Below, one piece after another: positions 34,498-53,040 of a stretch of 64,000 nt of DNA. Both the position numbers and the translations under genes were made by a program. The notes under the pieces are model-generated. The model was not told where the DNA came from and made no database searches. It saw only the letters and a list, made by a program, of their open reading frames with translations. Each line of letters opens with the position of its first letter. Position 1 is the first letter of the stretch. The stretch covers positions 3,488,001 through 3,552,000 of the forward strand of contig CAWDXG010000004.1 of assembly GCA_963806225.1 (NCBI GenBank), in the 5' to 3' direction. The DNA is from an uncultured delta proteobacterium. GTDB lineage: Bacteria; Myxococcota_A; Polyangia; Polyangiales; Polyangiaceae.

Positions 34498-35231
34498 TCA
34501 GGTAGAGGTGGCGGCCTTGTCCATGCGGACGAACTTGCCCTGGGCATCCCTCGAACAGATCTGCGGGGCGCACTCCGCGTCCGAGGCGCAGCTCTTGGTT
34601 CCTGTGCCCGGAACGCGGCAGAAGTAGCGATCGCCGTTCCACGTACAGATGGTGCCGCCCGTGCAGGTTTTCGTTCCGCCCGCACAATCGTGGACGTCCT
34701 GCTGACATTGGCCGCCGCTGCAATACTCGCCGGCTGCGCACTCCCACACGTTGGTGCAGCCGCTGCCGACCGTGCTCCACACGCCGCAAGCGCTCGACGG
34801 ATCGCCGCAGGGCGCGCACACGCCGTAGCTCCCGGCGACGCTCTGGCAGTACATGTTGATGACATGCGACTTGTCGCCGTAAAGCTTGTGAAGCCGCAGG
34901 ATTTCACGCATGCGCCCTGCGGCGAGCAGGTCTCTCCGCCGGAGCACGGCGAGGTAGTCGAGCGCTGACCGCACTTGTGCGTCTTGTCTTTGCAGGCGTG
35001 CGCCGGAGCGCTGCTCGTCCCGCACTGGCCGCAGTCGGCGTCGGCCGTGCAGTTGTCCGGGCAGTTCAGCACGCAGGAGCCGCCCGCCCCGCAACGCTGG
35101 TGCCAGCCCTGGCCGGTCGACGCGTCACAGGCCACGCACCGCTGCGAGCCCACGTCGCACTTGGTCCGCCCGAAGGAGCAGTCCTTGCACTCGGCGTCCG
35201 ACGAGCAGTTCGTCAAGAAGCAGATCGCGCC
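34498..35231 (-). pseudogene. Truncated, frameshifted remnant of a Cys-rich repeat protein
   Basis: CSSDAEC, CTADADC and CASDAEC motifs spread over two frames (switch ~34890); no signal peptide or clear start; begins just after the rpoC hairpin. Confidence 0.6.
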
Positions 35232-35283
35232 TAGACGGCGCGGCTCCGCGACCCCGGCGGGCCGCGGAGCAATCGGACCGGCG

Positions 35284-39546
<4,263 letters not shown>

Positions 39547-39642
39547 GGCAGCCTCCTTCGATCGTGGACACGGACACGGACCGGCCGCAGATGGCGGACG
39601 GTCGAACGGAAATCATGGGCGTCGGGTTCATCACCGGGACCC

Positions 39643-43779
<4,137 letters not shown>

Positions 43780-43930
43780 CTAGTTCCTCCGGACACGAAA
43801 TGCGCCCCGCGGGAAACGGCACACCCTGCCGCCCCGCGAGACGCCTACCCCCAAACGCACGCTCGAACACTGTCGCCCGCTAGAAGCGGGCGCCGAAGCT
43901 ATCTGGAACGAAGTGACCAACAGCAAGGTC

Positions 43931-44311
43931 CTACTTGACCTCGACCTTGGCTCCGGCAGCTTCCAGCTTCTTCTTGATGTCCTCGGCCTCTTCCTTGCCG
44001 ATGGCCTCCTTGATGGCCTTCGGCGCGCCTTCAACGAGGTCCTTGGCCTCCTTGAGACCGAGCGCGGTGATCTCGCGCACCGCCTTGATGACGTTGATCT
44101 TGCTGGCGCCTGCCTCGGCGAGGATGACGTCGAACTCCGTCTTCTCCTCCTCGGCGGGAGCCGCAGCCCCGGCACCCGCGGGACCCGCAACCGCAACCGG
44201 CGCGGCGCTGACGCCCCACTTGTCTTCCAGCTCATGAACCAGCTCCGCGATCTGGATGACCGGGAGGTTGGAAAGGTAGTCGACCACCTGCTCGCGCGTA
44301 ATCTCAGCCAT
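43931..44311 (-). CDS. rplL: 50S ribosomal protein L7/L12
   Basis: [10 protein letters not shown] and [24 protein letters not shown]. Confidence 0.99.
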   Translation of the reverse strand: MAEITREQVVDYLSNLPVIQIAELVHELEDKWGVSAAPVAVAGPAGAGAAAPAEEEKTEFDVILAEAGASKINVIKAVREITALGLKEAKDLVEGAPKAIKEAIGKEEAEDIKKKLEAAGAKVEVK

Positions 44312-44407
44312 TTTCTTACTCCGAAACGTTTCGTTGTTTGTGGTTGGTCTCTTCTGTCACTTCGGCGCCCGCGGCAGGCCACGGCGCGCTGGAAGTCTCT
44401 TGACGGC

Positions 44408-44935
44408 TCAGCCGCCCTCGTCTTTGCGCTGCTTCGCTGCCATGACGCCCACCAGCTCGCGGGCGGGTGCGTTGAGCAGCATCACCAGGTTCTGTGCCGG
44501 CGCCATCATCGTGGCCAGCAGCATCGAGCGCGCCTCGTCCTTGCTGGGCAGAAGGGCGAGCTGGTTCTCGACCGCCTTGGCATCGAGCACCGCGCCATCG
44601 AGAACCCCGGCCTTGACCTTGAGCTTCTCGTTGCCCTTCTTGAACTCCTTGAGCACGCGCGCTGCGGCGCTCGGCTCCTCGAAGCTCCAGGCGATCGCGG
44701 TCATCCCCTTGAGCGCGTCGCCCAGCCCGTCGATGAACGACTCCTTCTCCAGGGCCTGGCGCACGAGGGTGTTCTTGACGACCTTGTACTCGACGCCCTT
44801 CTCGCGGAAAACGTCGCGCAGCTTGCTGACTTCCTCGACCGTCATGCCGCTGTAGTCGACGAGAACGGCCGAAGTCATACGCGAGAAACGATCGCGGATG
44901 TCCGCGACCTGCTCGATTTTCTGGGAGCGAAGCAT
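44408..44935 (-). CDS. rplJ: 50S ribosomal protein L10
   Basis: [15 protein letters not shown] and LPSKDE. Confidence 0.97.
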   Translation of the reverse strand: MLRSQKIEQVADIRDRFSRMTSAVLVDYSGMTVEEVSKLRDVFREKGVEYKVVKNTLVRQALEKESFIDGLGDALKGMTAIAWSFEEPSAAARVLKEFKKGNEKLKVKAGVLDGAVLDAKAVENQLALLPSKDEARSMLLATMMAPAQNLVMLLNAPARELVGVMAAKQRKDEGG

Positions 44936-45651
44936 CAGTGTGCCTCCTCGGCGGTCGCCGTGACCGCGTTGGTGTCGACGCGCACGCCCGGTCCCATCGT
45001 GCTCGAAAGCGTGATGCTCCGGAGGTACACGCCCTTGGCCGTCGCGGGCTTCTTGTGGATGAGCTCGCGGATGAGCGCCTGCGCGTTGTCGACCAGTTTC
45101 GATTGGTCGAACGACACGCGGCCGACCCTGCAGTGTACGACACCCGCCTTGTCGACGCGGTACTCGACCTTGCCCGCCTTGGCCTCGCGCACGGCTTCAG
45201 CCACGTTCGCAGTCACCGTGCCCACCTTCGGGTTCGGCATCAGACCGCGCGGGCCGAGGATGCGCCCGAGCTTGCCGACCGAGCCCATCATGTCGGGCGT
45301 CGCGATGACGCGATCGAAGTCGAGGAAGCCGCCCTGGACCTTCTGCACCAGTTCGTCGGCCCCGGCGAAGTCGGCGCCTGCCTCGAGCGCTTCCTTCTCC
45401 TTGTCGCCCTTGGCGAAGACCAGCACACGGACGCTCTTGCCGGTGCCGTGCGGCAGCACCAGCGCGCCGCGCACCATCTGGTCGGCGTGCTTGGGATTGA
45501 CTCCGAGGCGCACCGCGACGTCGACGCTCTCGTCGAACTTCGCGTAGGACGCCGATTTGACTACGCCCACCGCGTCGTCGACGGTGTAGCGCTTGTCGCG
45601 ATCGACCTTGCCGAGCGCGTCTTTCCGCTTCTTTGCCAGTTTACCAGCCAT
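44935..45651 (-). CDS. rplA: 50S ribosomal protein L1
   Basis: [32 protein letters not shown] and STMGPG. Confidence 0.99.
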   Translation of the reverse strand: MAGKLAKKRKDALGKVDRDKRYTVDDAVGVVKSASYAKFDESVDVAVRLGVNPKHADQMVRGALVLPHGTGKSVRVLVFAKGDKEKEALEAGADFAGADELVQKVQGGFLDFDRVIATPDMMGSVGKLGRILGPRGLMPNPKVGTVTANVAEAVREAKAGKVEYRVDKAGVVHCRVGRVSFDQSKLVDNAQALIRELIHKKPATAKGVYLRSITLSSTMGPGVRVDTNAVTATAEEAH

Positions 45652-46207
45652 GTTCGATTCGTCTTTCGACTCCTGGGAGACGGTCAGAACCGCGGTAGCG
45701 ACGGGCCCCGTGCCACGTCACCTGCCGCGCTGCCGCACCAGTAACTTTCGTGCTCTTCAGGATGACGTCGATACCCATGCTGCGGGCGGTGCCGGCGATG
45801 CTGCGCGCCGCCGCCTCGACATCCGTCGTGTTCATGTCCTTGATCTTGGTCTTCGCGACCTCGCGCACCTGATCCATCGTCAGCTCGCCGACCTTGTTCT
45901 TGTTCGGCTCCTTCGACCCGGAGCCGGGCTTGCCGGACGTAGCCAACCCGCACGCCTTCTTGAGCAGGATGCTCGCCGGCGGCGACTTCATCACGAAGGA
46001 GTACGAGCGGTCGGCGTACACGGTGATCACCACCGGGATGATCGTGTCGCCGAGCGGCGCGCTCCGGCCGTTGAAGTCCTTGCAGAACTGCATGATGTTG
46101 ACCCCGTGCTGGCCGAGCGCGGGGCCCACCGGGGGCGAGGGATTCGCCTTGCCAGCGGGGAGCTGCAGTTTGATGAAACCTGCGATCTTCTTCTTGGCGG
46201 CTGCCAT
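45641..46207 (-). CDS. rplK: 50S ribosomal protein L11 (homology ends ~45760; ORF runs on for ~40 codons)
   Basis: [29 protein letters not shown] and [12 protein letters not shown]. Confidence 0.96.
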   Translation of the reverse strand: MAAAKKKIAGFIKLQLPAGKANPSPPVGPALGQHGVNIMQFCKDFNGRSAPLGDTIIPVVITVYADRSYSFVMKSPPASILLKKACGLATSGKPGSGSKEPNKNKVGELTMDQVREVAKTKIKDMNTTDVEAAARSIAGTARSMGIDVILKSTKVTGAAARQVTWHGARRYRGSDRLPGVERRIEHGW

Positions 46208-46231
46208 CTCTACTCTCGATTCTCCAGAGCC

Positions 46232-46774
46232 TTAGCGCTTCTCGACGTGGGAAAAGTCGAGCTCGACGGGGGTCGGACGCCCGAAGATGCTGACCATGAC
46301 CTTGAGCTTCTGCTTGTCGGGCTTGACCTCCTGGACCGTGCCCGAGAAATTCGCGAACGCTCCGACGACCACCCGGACCTCGTCACCCTCCTGGAACTGG
46401 TGACGGGGCTTGGGCTTGACCGCGCCCTCGACAATCCCCTTGCGGAGATCCTCGATGTGCGGCGGCTTGACCTCCTGCGGACGCTGGTTGCCGATGAAGC
46501 CGGTAACCTTCGGCGTGTCCTTGACCAGGTGCCAGGCGTGCTCGCTCATCTCCATCTCGACGAAGACGTAGCCGGGGAAGCTCGTCTTGGTCTTGACGCG
46601 ACTCTTGCCGTCCTTGCCGTGCTCGGTGACCGTCTCCGAAGGGATGAGGATCTCGCCGAAGCGCTCTTCCATCTTCTGCTGGCGGATCCGCTCCTGCAGC
46701 GCGGCTTTGACCTTGTTCTCGTACCCCGAGTAGGTCGTGACGACGTACCACTTCTTGCCGGATTCCTCGGACAT
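46232..46774 (-). CDS. nusG: Transcription termination/antitermination factor NusG
   Basis: [30 protein letters not shown] and [12 protein letters not shown]. Confidence 0.98.
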   Translation of the reverse strand: MSEESGKKWYVVTTYSGYENKVKAALQERIRQQKMEERFGEILIPSETVTEHGKDGKSRVKTKTSFPGYVFVEMEMSEHAWHLVKDTPKVTGFIGNQRPQEVKPPHIEDLRKGIVEGAVKPKPRHQFQEGDEVRVVVGAFANFSGTVQEVKPDKQKLKVMVSIFGRPTPVELDFSHVEKR

Positions 46775-46794
46775 CTGAGCTTCCACCCCGCCAG

Positions 46795-47424
46795 TCATGC
46801 GCCGTACACCAATGTCGTGAGAAAGCCCCAGAGCCGGTCGAGAAGAGCTACGTAGAGCGTCGCGATCGCGCTAGCGATCACCACGACGATCGTGCCACTC
46901 GTGACCATCTGCCTATCCGGCCACTTGCACTTGGAGAGCTCGATCGCCACCTCCCCGGCCCAACGCCGGATGCGATCGCGGCGATAGGTCTGGATGACAC
47001 CCAGAACCCCGATGACCGCCCCCGCGATCATCGTGATCGTCCCGCGGTCGTCCTCAGCGTAGCGCAGAAGCTGGGGTACGGCACGGACAGCGGCCGGCCA
47101 GGTGGCCAGCGCGTTCCAGATCATCTCGAGCATCTTGCCGCTCAGGTAGGCGACACCGATGCCGGCGGCGAAAAACGCCGCGTGCACGTACTTCGTCGCC
47201 CCGAGCTGCGTGGGCTGGGCGCCGCGTTCGGACTCCGGTTCCTCGTCGTCGTCGTCGCCAGCCGGCGCGACAGCGACGGGCTCGCCGCCCTCGGGCGGGA
47301 CGAACAGCGCGTCGACGGCCTCGTCGTCACCCTGCGTCTCGACCTCGGTCCCGACTTCGTCGTCGCCCTTCGGCTCGACCTCGGTCTCGTCGTCGTCTTT
47401 CTTGTTGTCGTCGTCTGTCGCCAT
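46795..47424 (-). CDS. secE: Preprotein translocase SecE with a long acidic N-terminal extension
   Basis: ELSKCKWP followed by a C-terminal TM; lies between tRNA-Trp and nusG. Confidence 0.9.
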   Translation of the reverse strand: MATDDDNKKDDDETEVEPKGDDEVGTEVETQGDDEAVDALFVPPEGGEPVAVAPAGDDDDEEPESERGAQPTQLGATKYVHAAFFAAGIGVAYLSGKMLEMIWNALATWPAAVRAVPQLLRYAEDDRGTITMIAGAVIGVLGVIQTYRRDRIRRWAGEVAIELSKCKWPDRQMVTSGTIVVVIASAIATLYVALLDRLWGFLTTLVYGA

Positions 47425-47476
47425 CAAAAAACCCTGGCGCCCTTCCGGCCGGCGTCCTTGGGGGGCCGGCATCGGG

Positions 47477-47549
47477 CAGGGGCGGAGAGACTCGAACTCC
47501 CGACCCGCGGATTTGGAATCCGCTGCTCTACCAACTGAGCTACGCCCCT
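47477..47549 (-). tRNA. tRNA-Trp (CCA)
   Basis: AGGGGCGTAGCTCAGTTGGTAGAGCA-GCGGA-TTCCAAA-TCCGC...GTTCGAGTC...CCCCTG cloverleaf; 3' CCA not encoded. Confidence 0.96.
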
Positions 47550-47590
47550 TTACTGAGTCGCGGGGCGGACCCGCGACGGCATCTCACTCG

Positions 47591-47773
47591 CTACTTCGTC
47601 TCCGTGTGAATCGTGTGCTTGTTGCAGGCCTTGCAGAACTTTTTGAGAGAGAGTGGCTTCGAGCCGTCGCGGCGTGCCTTCGTCGTCTTGTAGTTGCGCG
47701 CTCCGCAGACCGAACAGCTGAGGGCGATGGGAAGCCGCTGGCTCCCGCTCGCCGGTCTGCGTCTTTCCGTCAC
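47591..47773 (-). CDS. rpmG: 50S ribosomal protein L33 (Zn-binding form)
   Basis: LSCSVCGARNY...LKKFCKACNKHTIHTE. Confidence 0.96.
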   Translation of the reverse strand: MTERRRPASGSQRLPIALSCSVCGARNYKTTKARRDGSKPLSLKKFCKACNKHTIHTETK

Positions 47774-47777
47774 GGTC

Positions 47778-48968
<1,191 letters not shown>

Positions 48969-49014
48969 CGCTTGTACCTTCCGGCTTTTCGGTAAACTCC
49001 AGAGCTTTGCTTCG

Positions 49015-49087
<73 letters not shown>

Positions 49088-49139
49088 AGGATCGTTTGGT
49101 CGCTATCTTCGGGAGCGGCTGGGTCCGACGCCGCGTCGG

Positions 49140-49213
<74 letters not shown>

Positions 49214-49396
49214 CTGGGGGGGGGCCGTGCATAGCGCTACCCGGGGCAAGAGGCCACCCCGGAGCGTTGACGGCGCTGAATCAGTTCTTGCTATCCTCCT
49301 CCGGGCCGGCCGCTGGGCCTGTCGGTCCTGGCCGGGTTCGGCTTCTCATCGGTCCTCTCGGTCGTTGCTGTCGTCTCGGTGGCGCGCGGGCTCCAG

Positions 49397-49479
49397 TGGA
49401 GGGTGTTGGATTCGAACCAACGTAGGCATAAGCCGGCAGGTTTACAGCCTGCTCCCTTTGGCCGCTCGGGCAACCCTCC
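49397..49479 (-). tRNA. tRNA-Tyr (GTA)
   Basis: GGAGGGTTGCCCGAGCGGCCAAAGGGA-GCAGG-CTGTAAA-CCTGC, long variable arm, GTTCGAATC...CCCTCCA. Confidence 0.96.
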
Positions 49480-49526
49480 AGAATTATTGAACTAGTTCGT
49501 CTTGCTCTGACTCCTGGCGGGCCCGG

Positions 49527-49599
49527 AGCTGGCGAGGGGACTCGAACCCCTAACCGCCTGTTTACAAAACAGGTGCTCTACCGGTTGAGCTACGCCAGC
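49527..49599 (-). tRNA. tRNA-Thr (TGT)
   Basis: GCTGGCGTAGCTCAACCGGTAGAGCA-CCTGT-TTTGTAA-ACAGG...GTTCGAGTC...CGCCAGCT. Confidence 0.96.
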
Positions 49600-49984
49600 A
49601 GACCTTCTGGGTGGCCCCGTCCGCGGCGGTCGCGCGGAGGGAGCAACCCGGTGACAATTCTGCAAGGCCCTGATCCTGCTCTAGCAAGTCTGGCGTGATT
49701 CCCCCGGCTGGGCGCTTCGGGATTGGGGAGAGGTGGGCCGCGCCGGCAACGCGGCTCCCCTCCGTTCGAGGAGGGATGGGCCGCATCTGGCACCGTGGCG
49801 GAAAAGATGCCAAAAAAGGGCACCCCACCCTTGCCCCGGCCAGCTCGCTCTGGACTGGGGCGGACAGAAGGGGACCCGAGGACGACCGGCCTCTGTTAGC
49901 GCCGGTCCCAGAGCGTGTCAAGCACAAACCGTACCCGGCGGGTAGTTGGCACGGCGGACCCGAATCGGCTGTGTTCTCGCTGGG

Positions 49985-51185
49985 TCACGGCTGGCCCTTC
50001 TTCTTGTTCTTGAGCCGCTCGAGCGCGGCCTGGAGCTGGGCGCGGGTGTACGGCAGAGCTGCGATGGCGGCGTCCTCCTTCTTCATCGCCTCGTGGATCT
50101 TGACCTGTGCCTCGCGCGCGCGGAGGACCCACTCGGAATGCTCTCCGGTGCGCCCGGCCATGCGCACCGTGTGGTCCATCATGGTGAGCGCCTTCCGGAG
50201 CAGCACCGAGTAGCGCAGTCGCATCGCGCCCTCGAACAGCTTCTCCTTGGGGGTGCTGTCCGCGGCCTTCGGCGCGGGGATGGCCATCGAGATCCTGGTG
50301 CAGTGATTCGTACAGCTGGCCGACGCGGTAGCCCGCCATCGCCGACCAGTGGGCGTCGTACGCCCGCATCGCGTCCGAGTACGCGCTCTGCGCGTCGAGC
50401 AGCAGTTGGCAGCGCTGCTCGAGCACGGCCGCGAAGTTCGCGGGCACTGGATCGAACTTGATGCGCTCGGCCTTGATGCGCCGCACCTCGCCGAGCGCGT
50501 AGTAGAGCTGCGCCAGGTCGCGGGGGATGCGCCCCGCTTCGTCCATGCGGTGGTCCTCGACGACGGTGCGGCCCTTCTCGATGTAGTAGGTCGCCGTGTC
50601 CAGGTCGTCGTCCAGGATGAGGCCGAGCGCCTTGCCGCTGTACGCGACGATGCTCTCGAACGGTCGCAGGTCATGGTAGCGCTTCATCAACAGGTCGGAA
50701 GCCTGCTCGGCGCGCTTCCATTGCTCGAGGAACGCCAGAAGGCGGATGCTGCGCACGAGCGCCGCGCGACCGAGGTCGCTCTTCGGGAAGCGCCGCGCGG
50801 TCTGTTCGTAGCGGGCCAGCGCGGCCTCGCGATCCCCGGCGCGCTCCCACGCCTCGCCAGCCTCGAACAAGGAGTCGTCGGCGAGGTCGCCGTCCGGGTC
50901 GAGATCGAAGACGCGCTCGAACGCCTTGGCCGCGCCCGCCGCGTCCCCCGCGCGGAGGCGGGCACGCGCGCGGTCGTAGAGCTGGGGAATGCTGGCGGCG
51001 TCGACCGGCGTGACGATCGTCCGCGGCACCTCGACCCGGACCGGTCCGCTGGAGCGCGCCGCCGCCGGGGCGACCGGGTGCGCGGGACCGGGACGCTGCG
51101 CCGGGGCACAGCCCGCCAGCGCCAGGACGCAGACAGCGAAGCTGGCGAGGAAAGCCGGAACGGTGGGGGATTCGCAAGCGCCCAT
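49985..51185 (-). CDS. TPR-repeat lipoprotein (apparent +1 frameshift near 50289)
   Basis: VLALAG-C lipobox; TPR-like AGDAAGAAKAFERV and ALARYEQTARRFP; the C-terminus continues in ORF 49985-50674 (MAIPAP...). Confidence 0.75.
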
Positions 51186-51326
51186 GTCGTTTCGTGTCCT
51201 CCCGTGCCGCGAGGTTCCCGGCAAAGCCGGTTCATCCCGCCGCTACCGCGATGCGTCGAGGAAGCATGACCCACCCCCGGGCCCAGCGCACCCGGGACAA
51301 AGGCAGCGGAGAGCCCGATTAAGGTA

Positions 51327-51354
51327 TTGACCTCTGGCGTGGTCCCCTTACGTT
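51327..51354 (+). promoter_or_regulatory. Candidate sigma70 promoter for the DUF465-like gene
   Basis: TTGACC-N16-TACGTT in a locally AT-richer patch. Confidence 0.4.
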
Positions 51355-51538
51355 GGATGAGTGACGGGTCGTATCGTTGCGATGGCAAGCCTGCCTATCG
51401 ACGACGCCGTGTGCGGGCCTCTTCCGGCTCCGCTCCGACCCGCCGGACCCAATCCAGAGCCTTCGAGGTACGCCGGCCCGACCGGACCGTTGTCTCGCGA
51501 AGGCAGCAGGCAATCAGGCACTCAGGAGGTGCGGCCCC

Positions 51539-51727
51539 ATGAAGGATGCTACGGCGAGCGACAACGCGGAACAGTTGCAGGCTCGACACCGCGAACTGGC
51601 TGAAGAAGTCAGACAGCTGGAGAAGCGAGCCTACCTGACGCCGGAAGAGCAACGCCACATCACAGAGCTCAAGAAACAGAAGCTCGCTGCGAAGGATCAG
51701 CTGTTCGGGCTCAAGCCCGACGAATAG
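51539..51727 (+). CDS. Small coiled-coil protein, DUF465/YdcH-like
   Basis: RBS AGGAGGT; LQARHRELAEEV...ELKKQKLAAKDQL. Confidence 0.8.
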   Translation: MKDATASDNAEQLQARHRELAEEVRQLEKRAYLTPEEQRHITELKKQKLAAKDQLFGLKPDE

Positions 51728-51744
51728 AAGCACCGCGACCGGAC

Positions 51745-51770
51745 GCCGTCGTCGAAGCGTCGACGGCGGC
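51745..51770. terminator. GC-rich hairpin between convergent genes
   Basis: GCCGTCGTCGA-AGCG-TCGACGGCGGC. Confidence 0.5.
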
Positions 51771-51788
51771 GACGGCCCCCGCTTCACA

Positions 51789-52298
51789 TCACATCGGCAC
51801 GCACTGGTTCGACTGGCACTGCTGCCCGTCGGGACAGTCGGCATTCGTCTGGCAGCCGGACGCGCTGCCCGGGGCTGCTGCGCCGCCGTCGCCGGGCTGC
51901 TTGGTGGTCTCGGTCGCCGTGGAGCGGCTGTTCGACAGGTCGTCGGCGCCGCCGTACACGTCCTTGTTGAGATCCTTGAGCGCCTTCTCCAGGCGATCCT
52001 TCCACTGCTGGCTCAGGCCGCCCGGATGCTCCTGTTCGGTCGCCTTTGCGATGGCGAGCCAATGCCGCGCATCGGGACGGAATCCGAGCCGGTAGTCCGT
52101 CATGCCCCTGAGGTACGCATAGCGCGCCTGATCCATGAACTCGAGCGAGTCCGTGTCGGGCTCGAGCTCCCGCCAGATGGCGAGGGCGTGCTCGTACTCG
52201 TTCTCCTCGTAGAGTCGTTGGCCGCGGTTCAGATCCTCGCGATAGGTCGCACAACCAACGACGCAGACGGCCAGGAGCAGGAAGGCGGCGATGCGCAT
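51789..52298 (-). CDS. Lipoprotein with TPR-like helices and a C-terminal 4-Cys motif
   Basis: AVCVVG-C lipobox; YAYLRGMTDYRLG; CQTNADCPDGQQCQSNQCV. Confidence 0.78.
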   Translation of the reverse strand: MRIAAFLLLAVCVVGCATYREDLNRGQRLYEENEYEHALAIWRELEPDTDSLEFMDQARYAYLRGMTDYRLGFRPDARHWLAIAKATEQEHPGGLSQQWKDRLEKALKDLNKDVYGGADDLSNSRSTATETTKQPGDGGAAAPGSASGCQTNADCPDGQQCQSNQCVPM

Positions 52299-52382
52299 GA
52301 CCCGGCGAGCCTATCCCCAGCGCCCGCCGGGAATCAAGCCGGGTGCGGACCCGCGCGCGGCGGCCGACCGCCCTGGTCGCCC

Positions 52383-53015
52383 TCAGCCCACGCGCCGGTA
52401 GCGCAACCTCAGCACCGGAAGGCCATCCGCGATGGCCCGCCGCTCGCGCGGGCTGCGTGCGCCGTACGGGTTGTCCTCGACCCGCGCCGTCGTCGACCAG
52501 GGGGCAAGCCGCAGCTCGGCCGCGACGACCGATTCGAATTGCTCGGCGCGATCGAAGACATCGGTCTGGACGAACAGCTCGCCGCCGGGCGCGAGCGCCC
52601 CGGCCACACCCGAAAGGAGCTCCGCCGTCAGCACCCGCCGCTTGGCGTGGCGCTTCTTCCACCACGGGTCGGGGAAGTGGATGTACACGACGGACAGCGT
52701 TCCCGGCACGAGCCGCGGCAGCACCTCGCGGGCGTCCGCGGCAAAGACCCGCCCCCGGTCGGCGAGGCCGCGTTTTTCCAGCCGCCCGTCCACGATGCTG
52801 GCCCACTTGCGGCGGATCTCGAGACCGACCGCGCGCGCTCCGGGGTCGGCCTCCAGGCGCTCGACGAGGAACCAGCCGCGCCCGGGACCAATCTCCAGCT
52901 CGACGGGCCGGCTCCCCGCGCCGACCAGTGTGCGGAGGTCGAGCGGCTCGTCGTCCGGCAGGCGCGGTGCATCCGCGTAGGGGCGTGTCCCGGACGAGTT
53001 TGAGGTGTCAGCCAT
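52383..53015 (-). CDS. trmB: tRNA (guanine-N7)-methyltransferase
   Basis: ELEIGPGRG, GLEIR, FPDPWWKKRHAKRR and QTD. Confidence 0.93.
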   Translation of the reverse strand: MADTSNSSGTRPYADAPRLPDDEPLDLRTLVGAGSRPVELEIGPGRGWFLVERLEADPGARAVGLEIRRKWASIVDGRLEKRGLADRGRVFAADAREVLPRLVPGTLSVVYIHFPDPWWKKRHAKRRVLTAELLSGVAGALAPGGELFVQTDVFDRAEQFESVVAAELRLAPWSTTARVEDNPYGARSPRERRAIADGLPVLRLRYRRVG

Positions 53016-53040
53016 GGCAGCGGTGATATAGCAGCGCGCG

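Noticed and set aside
49281..49349. 22-codon ORF (MRSRTRPG...) with an RBS-like GAGAGGA in the tRNA-Tyr/Gly spacer
   Set aside because: It is very short with atypical codon usage and lies within a tRNA precursor; there is no supporting evidence.
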